A stretch of DNA of 64,000 nt from Marine Group II euryarchaeote MED-G38 (GTDB taxonomy: Archaea > Thermoplasmatota > Poseidoniia > Poseidoniales > Thalassarchaeaceae): contig NTJP01000007.1 in NCBI GenBank assembly GCA_002457145.1, positions 28,425 to 92,424 of the forward strand. The letters run 5' to 3'. A program made the position numbers and the translations under genes. The notes under the pieces are model-generated. The model ran no database searches. It was not told the DNA's origin and was given only the letters and a program-made list of their open reading frames with translations. Positions 40,766 to 49,014 of the stretch are shown in pieces. Within the stretch, counting starts at the first letter, position 1; the number at the start of each line of letters is the position of its first letter.

Positions 40766-41736
40766 GCCTCCAATTTAGCAGCTTTCTTTTCTCGCTTTAT
40801 TTTTTCTTTTTTTGCTCTTTTTGCTAATTCCATGTCAACTCGTTCTTGATGAACAGCCGGTAGTAAACGGGTTCGACTGGCATCCATCCATAGTTGTTCG
40901 CGCGTATAACCGGTCATACCATCATATTCATTTGTCATAAAGAATGATTCGAAAGGACATGCTTCAGCACATAAGCCACAAAACATACAGCGTCCTAAGT
41001 CTATTCGACCAGATACAATATCTTGCTCTGCAGGTTTTAAATCAGAAGTATTTATTTCTTCGATTCCGGATCCATCTTGCCACCTCACAGTAGCTGTATC
41101 ACCAGAAATATCAATAATTTCAGCAAAATCATATTGTTGCGGAGGAGATGCATGAGCGTGAACTAAATCAAATTCTGTTTCTATTTCGATAAAATTATCT
41201 TTTTCACGAGCGGCTAGTCCTCCGGCCTCCAATTCCCCTCCATAACCGTGCCATTCATCTCCCTCTTTCGTAGTGTCAAGAACATTAACTCTCGTTTCAC
41301 TAGTCATATGTAAGCAATCATTAGGACATGCCTTTACACATGCTTTACAAGCAGTACAAGTTTCCCACACAATTCCTATACGGCCATTATAATTCCCAGG
41401 GACGAAGAGCCATGGTTCCATATCTTCTAGTCTCTCATAGGGATACATTATGGTAACAGGACGCTCCAAGAATGGTAGAGCTGGAGAAGATTCTCTATCT
41501 GCAGAATAAACTTGTCCTGTAGACGGATGATTTTCCCCTACTCTATTAATTGTGAAATCATCAACCATTTTAGCTTCTTGTCCATGGTAATTATTTTTTA
41601 GGAAGTTGGCTTTTCCGATATATGGAATGGTACGTAATGCAGTTTTCATGGTTATCCACATTGGCCTTATAACTAAATTACGAAAATTTGGTGTAGCATG
41701 CGGATGTCCTGTGTTATAATCTGGATTTTTAATCAA
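40762..41736 (-). CDS. nuoI: Complex I-like subunit I (2x[4Fe-4S]) with large insertion
   Basis: VTIMYPYE, CTACKACVKACP, GRCMFCGLCAEACP. TTG start behind GGGGTGA. Confidence 0.9.
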   Translation of the reverse strand: MIKNPDYNTGHPHATPNFRNLVIRPMWITMKTALRTIPYIGKANFLKNNYHGQEAKMVDDFTINRVGENHPSTGQVYSADRESSPALPFLERPVTIMYPYERLEDMEPWLFVPGNYNGRIGIVWETCTACKACVKACPNDCLHMTSETRVNVLDTTKEGDEWHGYGGELEAGGLAAREKDNFIEIETEFDLVHAHASPPQQYDFAEIIDISGDTATVRWQDGSGIEEINTSDLKPAEQDIVSGRIDLGRCMFCGLCAEACPFESFFMTNEYDGMTGYTREQLWMDASRTRLLPAVHQERVDMELAKRAKKEKIKREKKAAKLEA

Positions 41737-41748
41737 TTAATTCACCCC

Positions 41749-43245
41749 CTATTTTTTTTGAGTTCCCGGATATGCCTTAGACAGGGTCTGTGTACTGTAG
41801 GGACGACGAGATTGCGCCAATGCTTCTTCATCTTCATCAATGGCGTATACGATAAAGAAAAATAATGCAGTAAGTGTTAACAAAGGAGCAGCCCATATTG
41901 GCCAACCTGAATCTGTCCAAACTTCAAGTCGAAGGAATGTAGCTATCACTAAATTTACCATTGACAGAGGGAGAAGATATAGCCACCCAAATTCTAGTAT
42001 TTGATCGGTTCTTATACGATGTAATGATGCTCTTATCCATACAAAAAATGCAAACAATAGCCAAGCTTTTAGTAAGACCCAAACCAATCCTGGTATTATA
42101 GTAAATATTATTTCAAAAAGTCCTCCTAAAATCGGCAACGAGGATAAGAGGTCTTGAAAAGGAAATTCCCAACCTCCTAAAAAGAACATAGCAAATAATA
42201 TGCATGCTGCGTACGCTCTCATCATTTCGGTAGCAAACATAAGGCCCCAGCGTATTCCTCCATATTCAGTCCACCAGCCCTCTACGAGTTCGGCTTCAGC
42301 TTCGGGCATATCAAAAGGTATTCGTTCTACTTCTGCAATCATAGTTACTAGGAACAGTACTGCGCCCAATGGTAAGATGAAAATATTCCATGTATTTGAT
42401 GTCTCAATTTGGAAATCAATAATTTCCAGAATATTGAATGATCCGCTTATTACAGCAATACTTAGAACTGTGATTAAAAGTGGTATTTCATATGCTGTTA
42501 ATTGTGCGGCAGAACGCATTCCACCGATTAGTGTATATTTGTTATTTGAAGCCCAGCCAGCGAAAAATACTCCCAATGGTGCGACACCAAAAATTGCCAT
42601 CATAAAAATTAGGGAAAGATCTGGATTTGCAGCCCAAATATGAGGCCCAAAGGGAATAAATGCATATACCATAATAGTGGTTGCTATTATTATCACAGGA
42701 GCAACTTCAAAGACTAATTTATCAGCTTTCTTAGGAATTATGTGCTCTTTCGTCGCAAACTTGAGAAAATCTGCCAGAGCTTGGAAAAATCCTGGAAATA
42801 AAAACCAAATACCATGGTATCCACGATTGTTGACTCGTGAAATTGTTTCATGGGGGTGATCATTACCGAATGATTCGTTTAATTTAGTATTTACAAAACC
42901 TATAGGAGCACCAAGTCCCATAGGTAATTTATTCCACCAATCTCCTGCTGTAGCATTCCCTTCGCCAACCCAGAGACTTCGTAGTGAAGTTGTAGCACCA
43001 ATCCTATCCATTAGTCTTCCAATAAACTTACGTTCAATATATGGAACAACCATCAGAGTGAGCATCATTACTGCAAATACTACAGTACACATCACAGTAG
43101 CAAGGAAAAAGGATTCTAATGCCGGTTGAATTTTTGCAAATTCAGTTTGTATTGAATTAGGAAGGAAATCATGAGTAGTGTCCATGGACCATCCAATTAT
43201 AGATTCAGACCAACCACGAATATCTAACCAATCGCTACTAGTCAT
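41749..43245 (-). CDS. nuoH: Complex I-like subunit H with insertion
   Basis: ERKF, QALADFLK, GWASNNKY, RIPFDMPEAEAELV. Confidence 0.94.
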   Translation of the reverse strand: MTSSDWLDIRGWSESIIGWSMDTTHDFLPNSIQTEFAKIQPALESFFLATVMCTVVFAVMMLTLMVVPYIERKFIGRLMDRIGATTSLRSLWVGEGNATAGDWWNKLPMGLGAPIGFVNTKLNESFGNDHPHETISRVNNRGYHGIWFLFPGFFQALADFLKFATKEHIIPKKADKLVFEVAPVIIIATTIMVYAFIPFGPHIWAANPDLSLIFMMAIFGVAPLGVFFAGWASNNKYTLIGGMRSAAQLTAYEIPLLITVLSIAVISGSFNILEIIDFQIETSNTWNIFILPLGAVLFLVTMIAEVERIPFDMPEAEAELVEGWWTEYGGIRWGLMFATEMMRAYAACILFAMFFLGGWEFPFQDLLSSLPILGGLFEIIFTIIPGLVWVLLKAWLLFAFFVWIRASLHRIRTDQILEFGWLYLLPLSMVNLVIATFLRLEVWTDSGWPIWAAPLLTLTALFFFIVYAIDEDEEALAQSRRPYSTQTLSKAYPGTQKK

Positions 43246-43249
43246 TGAA

Positions 43250-44386
43250 TCACCTATCTGTTTCTCCGATACAAGGATCGAAGGACCCCATTATTGCAGG
43301 TATATCTGCAACTTTATAACCTATCATACATTTTGATGCGTATGGAATTGTAATAAACATAGGAGATCTAATTGAGACTCTATAAGGCATTTTACCTCTA
43401 CCCTCTCCTCCTCCGGCGAGGTAAAACATTGATTCACCCCTACTATCTTCAAAATGATGTGATCCACTTGTTCCTTCTGGAGCACGAGAAGGTGATTTTG
43501 CCAATATTTTGGGATCGCCGGGCTCATGATATGTTTCAGCACCTCCAGGCATTTTGTCAAGTGCTTGTAAAACTAAACTAGCACTTTGACGCATTTCTTC
43601 CACTCTAATTCTGTATCTATCATAACAATCAGCTCCTTTAATTGATGAACGCTCTACTGCTGGAGCCCAATCTAATTCAGAATAAACAGAATAGGGATGC
43701 GATGTTCTAATATCATGATTTACACCTCCTGCGCGAAGATTTGGCCCAGAAACGCCGTGATTGATCATTTCTTCTGGTTTGGCATAACCAACACCTTGAC
43801 TTCTAATAAGGAAAATCGTACTTTCATCAAAAAGTGACTCGTATTCTTGTATACGATCTAAGAAAAGAGATAATTTATGTCTAGCGCGCATTGCAAAGCC
43901 ATGAGGGAGATCTCTTTTTACCCCTCCAACTCTTGGGAAATTATAGTGCATTCTTGAACCGCCTAACTCTTGTAATAAATCCATCATCATTTCTCTTTCA
44001 CGCAGGCACCAAACCATCACGCTAAGATTTCCTATATCTGGGCCATATGCTCCCAACCACATCAAGTGACTAGCTAGACGTTGTAATTCAACTGCCACTA
44101 AACGGATGTATTCTGCTCTTTCTGGTACTTCAACACCGAGCAAATCTTCTGCCGCATAGATATAAGCATGAGACCAAGTATTTGCGCTTGCATAACACAA
44201 ACGATCACAATAAGTAGTTATTTGAGTAAAATCTCTAGATTCGCAAATTTTTTCTACTCCTCGGTGAATATATCCTAAATCAGGCTCAGTATCTACTACA
44301 GTCTCACCGTCAACTTTTACCTTTAATGTCCATAATCCATGTGTCATAGGATGTTGGGGTCCCATTGAAATCCACATTTCTGCCAT
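43250..44386 (-). CDS. nuoD: Complex I-like subunit D
   Basis: GPQHPMTHG, GYIHRGVEK, DRLCY. Confidence 0.95.
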   Translation of the reverse strand: MAEMWISMGPQHPMTHGLWTLKVKVDGETVVDTEPDLGYIHRGVEKICESRDFTQITTYCDRLCYASANTWSHAYIYAAEDLLGVEVPERAEYIRLVAVELQRLASHLMWLGAYGPDIGNLSVMVWCLREREMMMDLLQELGGSRMHYNFPRVGGVKRDLPHGFAMRARHKLSLFLDRIQEYESLFDESTIFLIRSQGVGYAKPEEMINHGVSGPNLRAGGVNHDIRTSHPYSVYSELDWAPAVERSSIKGADCYDRYRIRVEEMRQSASLVLQALDKMPGGAETYHEPGDPKILAKSPSRAPEGTSGSHHFEDSRGESMFYLAGGGEGRGKMPYRVSIRSPMFITIPYASKCMIGYKVADIPAIMGSFDPCIGETDR

Positions 44387-44395
44387 ATTAAAACC

Positions 44396-45052
44396 TCATT
44401 TAACTCTCTCAGAATCTACTGGTTTTCTTTTGAAACCTTGGGCATCATCATACATCTCTTGAAAATTATGATATCTTAATTTATGTTGCTTTTGTAATGG
44501 ATGATATCCTTTTGGAGTTTCATGAGGCTGTAGAACCCGACGCATGCCTTCATGGCCTTCGAAATCAATTCCGACTAAGTCCCATGTTTCTTTTTCATTC
44601 CAGTCTGCACCAACCCATATATCTTGAACACTTGAAACTGAAGGTTCACGCGTATCTCCTAAATGGATAGTTACTTCTATTTCTAAAGGAACATCAGAAC
44701 CAGTTAACTCTGAATTATTAGTAATTATTGGCTGTACTACGCCATCGCTTTGAGGAGGATTTTTTACTCCTGTTCTTAGAAAATGATAAATTACTTCCCA
44801 TTTTTTGTCTTGTGAATCAGGCCAATGAATACCAGTAATCATAGAGCAATAATCTACCCCATAATCGGAATATAATGATTCGGCAACTCCTCGCCAACTT
44901 TCTGGAGATGCAACTATCTTAACCACTGGCCTAATTTGAGTACCATTTGAACGTTGATCAACAGATGAAATGACACCCTCAATGGCCTCTATATCTTTTA
45001 CAAGATCTTCCGCAGCAGATATTTGAGCTTGTTCTGATACCACACCACTCAT
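44396..45052 (-). CDS. nuoC: Complex I-like subunit C
   Basis: W.GADWNEKETWDLVGIDFEGH, HPLQK. Confidence 0.92.
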   Translation of the reverse strand: MSGVVSEQAQISAAEDLVKDIEAIEGVISSVDQRSNGTQIRPVVKIVASPESWRGVAESLYSDYGVDYCSMITGIHWPDSQDKKWEVIYHFLRTGVKNPPQSDGVVQPIITNNSELTGSDVPLEIEVTIHLGDTREPSVSSVQDIWVGADWNEKETWDLVGIDFEGHEGMRRVLQPHETPKGYHPLQKQHKLRYHNFQEMYDDAQGFKRKPVDSERVK

Positions 45053-45063
45053 AGTAACACTTC

Positions 45064-45663
45064 CTACTGTTCATCTCCGATGATTATTGGAGCAACGCTA
45101 TCAGTCCTAGAATGACTAGGTACTGCACCTATGCGGATTATTTTCTCGCGTAGCTTACCAAATCCATCAATGAGCGCCTCAGGACGAGGAGGGCATCCAG
45201 GAATGTAAATATCAACAGGTATTACTGTGTCCACTCCTTCAAGAACGTTATAAGATTGAAAATAAGGCCCTCCAGAAATAGCACATTCCCCCATTGCTAT
45301 ACACCATTTCGGCTCCGGCATTTGTTCCCAAAGACGGACTATTGGATCAGCAAATTTTTTACTTATTGGGCCATTTACGAGTAATACATCACATTGCCTT
45401 GGGCTTGATCTAAAGAAAACCCCAAATCTTTCTGCATCAAAACGGCTAGCACCAGCTGCTGCCATTTCTAGAGCGCAGCATTTTATACCAAGGTGCAGAG
45501 GAAATAATGATTTTCTTTGACCCCAATTAAATAGTCTACCGGCTAAAACACCGATAACGTCTCTAAGACCGCTTGCTTCAAGTGCTGCATCTGTAGTATC
45601 TCCCACTGTATCAATCAGCATTCGGCTACTAAACATAGTATAATTTTGACCATCTTCTGCCAT
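45064..45663 (-). CDS. nuoB: Complex I-like subunit B
   Basis: CCALEM, SPRQ, QMPEPKW, MGECA, PGCPPRPE. Confidence 0.95.
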   Translation of the reverse strand: MAEDGQNYTMFSSRMLIDTVGDTTDAALEASGLRDVIGVLAGRLFNWGQRKSLFPLHLGIKCCALEMAAAGASRFDAERFGVFFRSSPRQCDVLLVNGPISKKFADPIVRLWEQMPEPKWCIAMGECAISGGPYFQSYNVLEGVDTVIPVDIYIPGCPPRPEALIDGFGKLREKIIRIGAVPSHSRTDSVAPIIIGDEQ

Positions 45664-45672
45664 TGTAATTCC

Positions 45673-46125
45673 TCATATGTAAATTCTGCCTCTTTTCCTG
45701 AAAACATGCCAAACGCCTAGACTCATCAGAATAATGAAAATCGAAAGTGTAAGTAATGCAGTGTATACCTCTGAGTTTGTCAATATATTATCTTGAACTG
45801 TAATTACTCCTCCAAATGCAAGGAACATGAATGCTATATCAAAAACTAGGAAGATGATAGCATACCAGTAGTATTGAAAGTGGAAATTTATATCAGCATC
45901 TCCTAAAGGCTCCGAACCGCATTCGTAAGTACTATCTCGACGGATATACAGACTTTGATCCGTTTCATAACCAGGCAACAACCAAGAGCTTAGTTGTGAT
46001 TTATCATTAGAATTTGGAGTTGGCCTAAGAAGCCTTGAGCCAATGAAACTACCTATTGGAAAACCAATACCAACTAGAGCCATTACGGCAACCGCGATAT
46101 AATCTTCAGGTACAGACACACTCAC
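45673..46125 (-). CDS. nuoA: Complex I-like subunit A
   Basis: YECG, YYWYAIIFLVFD; three TM helices. Confidence 0.92.
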   Translation of the reverse strand: MSVSVPEDYIAVAVMALVGIGFPIGSFIGSRLLRPTPNSNDKSQLSSWLLPGYETDQSLYIRRDSTYECGSEPLGDADINFHFQYYWYAIIFLVFDIAFMFLAFGGVITVQDNILTNSEVYTALLTLSIFIILMSLGVWHVFRKRGRIYI

Positions 46126-46208
46126 ACCACACGTCCCACTAGAGGGCTACAAACGTGGCCACCTGAAAACGGAACATAAGTGTATCCGGCGAGCGTTATG
46201 AGGTGTGG

Positions 46209-48908
46209 TCAATCTTCTTGGTTAAGTAATAAGGCTTCATTAATCATTTTATTCTCTTTTCTTGTTCTTAAAAATATCAAAATAAGGAATATTGAGCCGA
46301 TTAGCATAGCACCATAAAGTAGAAATTGGCCAACAAAATCATTTACTAAACTAATTGTAGATGTGTCAGCATTAACAATCAATTCGATAGGTTCTCCAGC
46401 AACTGGAGTATCTTCCGGTTGAATTATTATGGTAAATTTGTAAGTATCGTCATCCTTTAAACCAACTGGAGGGGTAACTCTAATTTCTATTTCTTTGGTC
46501 TCTCCAGGTTGTAATTTAAAATCATTAGGAACAACATCAACAGACCATTGTCGTAAAGGAGCCGGCGTAATAACTTCTACTTTTTCTTCCGAGTTTCCAT
46601 TATTTGTAACGTAAGCAATAAAAGTACCTCTATTTGGATATTTAATAGTAATTTCTTCTGGAGATGAATCCAAGGTATATTGCAAATCATGAATTATCAT
46701 TACATCTATATTGAAATCAATTGATGAAGATTGCGCGGTATTCTTCTTCGAAGATACGCTAACACTTATCGTACCAGAAATTCCACTTTCAACGCCGTCA
46801 ATTACTTCAAGATCAACCTCTACCAAGACTCTAGAATCTGCAGGTATTGTGATTTCATTATTGGAGATTTGACCATCGACTTTGATGGTATGTAATACAG
46901 AAGATTCCATGCCTGTAACTGTTATTATTGCATCATCAATACCGCCATTTCCAGTATTATCTATCCAGAAAAATGTACCATATCCTCCGCCCGGAGGTAG
47001 TGATAAAGAAGCGCTAGCAGGGTCATTCCCAGGATTTTGGAATGAAATTGCCATACTATAATTATAATTTGAAACTGTAACTCTGACTATTTCGGTGGAT
47101 TGATAGGATGCGCCCATTATGCCTACTCTTATTTCAAAAACTTCTTCACTGTTGTCAAAAGGATCTTCTACTGAAATATCAGCGAATATCTCCATTAATT
47201 CTGCTGGATCTAGAGTGATTGTAGAAATCTTGTTCCCTTGAGAATTGGAAAATGATGCATTCCAAGCAGGAGAAGAACATGAAGAGTTGATGTTAGGATT
47301 ACATACATCCAAAATAAAGGTATCCCGAACATTACCAGTATTTTCAATATGAAGTGGGAATTTGACAATTTGTGTAAATTTACCTGTTTGAGAATCAGAA
47401 GTTAAGGATGTATCTACAGAGTGAACTGCTGCTACAGTGGCTTCGAGAGAAATGGTATCATGTTCCGTACCTGCAGAGTTGACATAAAATTCGAGTTCAT
47501 ATTGAATATTAGCTAATGCACCTGTAGGTATTTGGATATCGGCATCTAATATTTGTTCATTACAGTTATTTGGTCCACAATGTCTACCATTAATTGTAAT
47601 ACTACTTTGAGATAATGTTACTTGCCATCCAGAGGGTAAATTTGTAGCCCCTACTGCAAATGTATCTTGTCCATTACCTATGTTTTTAACAGTTAACTCT
47701 ACTCTTTCTGTAGTTCCTGGCTGTGCATTAGATAATTTCGGAGTACTTAGTGAAAGAGAAGCATCTTTATTTTGTCCTACAGTTACGTAAAGTATTTCTT
47801 CACAAGCGATAGAATTGCCTGCTCTTGCCTGTATTTTTAATTCAATTGTATCTGGTTCTACAGAATCATCTGGAGTTATTATAAATGTAAACGTGTGTGA
47901 ATCTTGAGATGTTCCTGGTTCAGTCAAGGTTTTCGATTGAGCGCCTTCAAAAGAAATCCAACCTTGTATATTCGCTTCATCAGAATCAGAAGCAGCTGAT
48001 GCTGTCCAATCTGTGTTCCCAATATTTGTAATTGAAAAAGAATTAGATGCAGACTCTGACGGTTCTAAAGTATGAGAAGATTTACCAAGAGATGCTTCAC
48101 ACTCTTTTATTTCAGGAATTTGAAGAGTGAGTGTTATATTATCTTCAGCCCTATCTGCAGCATTTGGATCCTGAGTTACTGTTGCCCTAATTATGAAACA
48201 ATGTGAATCTGCTTCAGTAGCTCCTTCATCAGGAACATCAACGGTTATTTCAACTTCCTCAGTATCGCCAGAACCTAGATTCTCTGTAGACTGTTTGTCC
48301 GAATTAGCTGTAAGGCCATCTGAATCACAATCTCCATCAGATGTTATTTCAATTTGCATTGTAGATGATTGTTCTCCAGTGTTTTCAACGATTAGTTCCC
48401 ATTTTACTTGGTCACCATCTTCTTCACTATCATAATTTATTGTCTGAGGGCCATTATTTTTAACAGAAATTTGAACCGAGTATTGGCCTCCTCCGTCCTC
48501 ATTGGTTGTTTCAACCGTAATAGAATCAGAATCTTGATCTCCAGGCGAAGCCCCTACTGCTGTGGCTGAAACGGTAGTTTCACAACTATCTCCAGCCGTA
48601 TCAGACAAAGTTACTGTTAGTTCTGTGGTCTCACTACTTCCGCCATTAACAGTAAGTACTTGGTCAGATAAGGAAGATGAATAACCATTGCATTCTGCTG
48701 CTTGAGATGTACTCAGTGAAATAGTAGCATCATCTTCTCCAGAATTTGCTACAGTTATTGTATATGTTGCATCATCTCCCGATGAAGCCGATTGACTTGT
48801 TGGTGAAGCAGATAAACTGACATTAACAGACGCTGAAGCTAGAGGTAGTGAAATAATTATCAGCATCAAAGTAATCAAAATTGTGACTACAGAATTGTTC
48901 CTCATCAT
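46209..48908 (-). CDS. Membrane-anchored surface protein with tandem Ig-like (COG1470/CARDB-like) repeats
   Basis: Signal peptide, seven N-x-G-[N/E] repeat motifs, C-terminal TM followed by RTRK. Confidence 0.8.
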   Translation of the reverse strand: MMRNNSVVTILITLMLIIISLPLASASVNVSLSASPTSQSASSGDDATYTITVANSGEDDATISLSTSQAAECNGYSSSLSDQVLTVNGGSSETTELTVTLSDTAGDSCETTVSATAVGASPGDQDSDSITVETTNEDGGGQYSVQISVKNNGPQTINYDSEEDGDQVKWELIVENTGEQSSTMQIEITSDGDCDSDGLTANSDKQSTENLGSGDTEEVEITVDVPDEGATEADSHCFIIRATVTQDPNAADRAEDNITLTLQIPEIKECEASLGKSSHTLEPSESASNSFSITNIGNTDWTASAASDSDEANIQGWISFEGAQSKTLTEPGTSQDSHTFTFIITPDDSVEPDTIELKIQARAGNSIACEEILYVTVGQNKDASLSLSTPKLSNAQPGTTERVELTVKNIGNGQDTFAVGATNLPSGWQVTLSQSSITINGRHCGPNNCNEQILDADIQIPTGALANIQYELEFYVNSAGTEHDTISLEATVAAVHSVDTSLTSDSQTGKFTQIVKFPLHIENTGNVRDTFILDVCNPNINSSCSSPAWNASFSNSQGNKISTITLDPAELMEIFADISVEDPFDNSEEVFEIRVGIMGASYQSTEIVRVTVSNYNYSMAISFQNPGNDPASASLSLPPGGGYGTFFWIDNTGNGGIDDAIITVTGMESSVLHTIKVDGQISNNEITIPADSRVLVEVDLEVIDGVESGISGTISVSVSSKKNTAQSSSIDFNIDVMIIHDLQYTLDSSPEEITIKYPNRGTFIAYVTNNGNSEEKVEVITPAPLRQWSVDVVPNDFKLQPGETKEIEIRVTPPVGLKDDDTYKFTIIIQPEDTPVAGEPIELIVNADTSTISLVNDFVGQFLLYGAMLIGSIFLILIFLRTRKENKMINEALLLNQED

Positions 48909-49014
48909 ACATCGGAATCAATCTTTACTCAAAGGACTTTGGAATAAATGCACATTAAAGATATGAATAACTTAATCGAAAAAAACAATCAAAAAGTTAT
49001 AATTTTTGTATAAT

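Noticed and set aside
43250..45663. Group 4 [NiFe]-hydrogenase interpretation of the nuo cluster
   Set aside because: Both CxxC motifs are incomplete, quinone-site His and Tyr are present, and no maturation genes are nearby.
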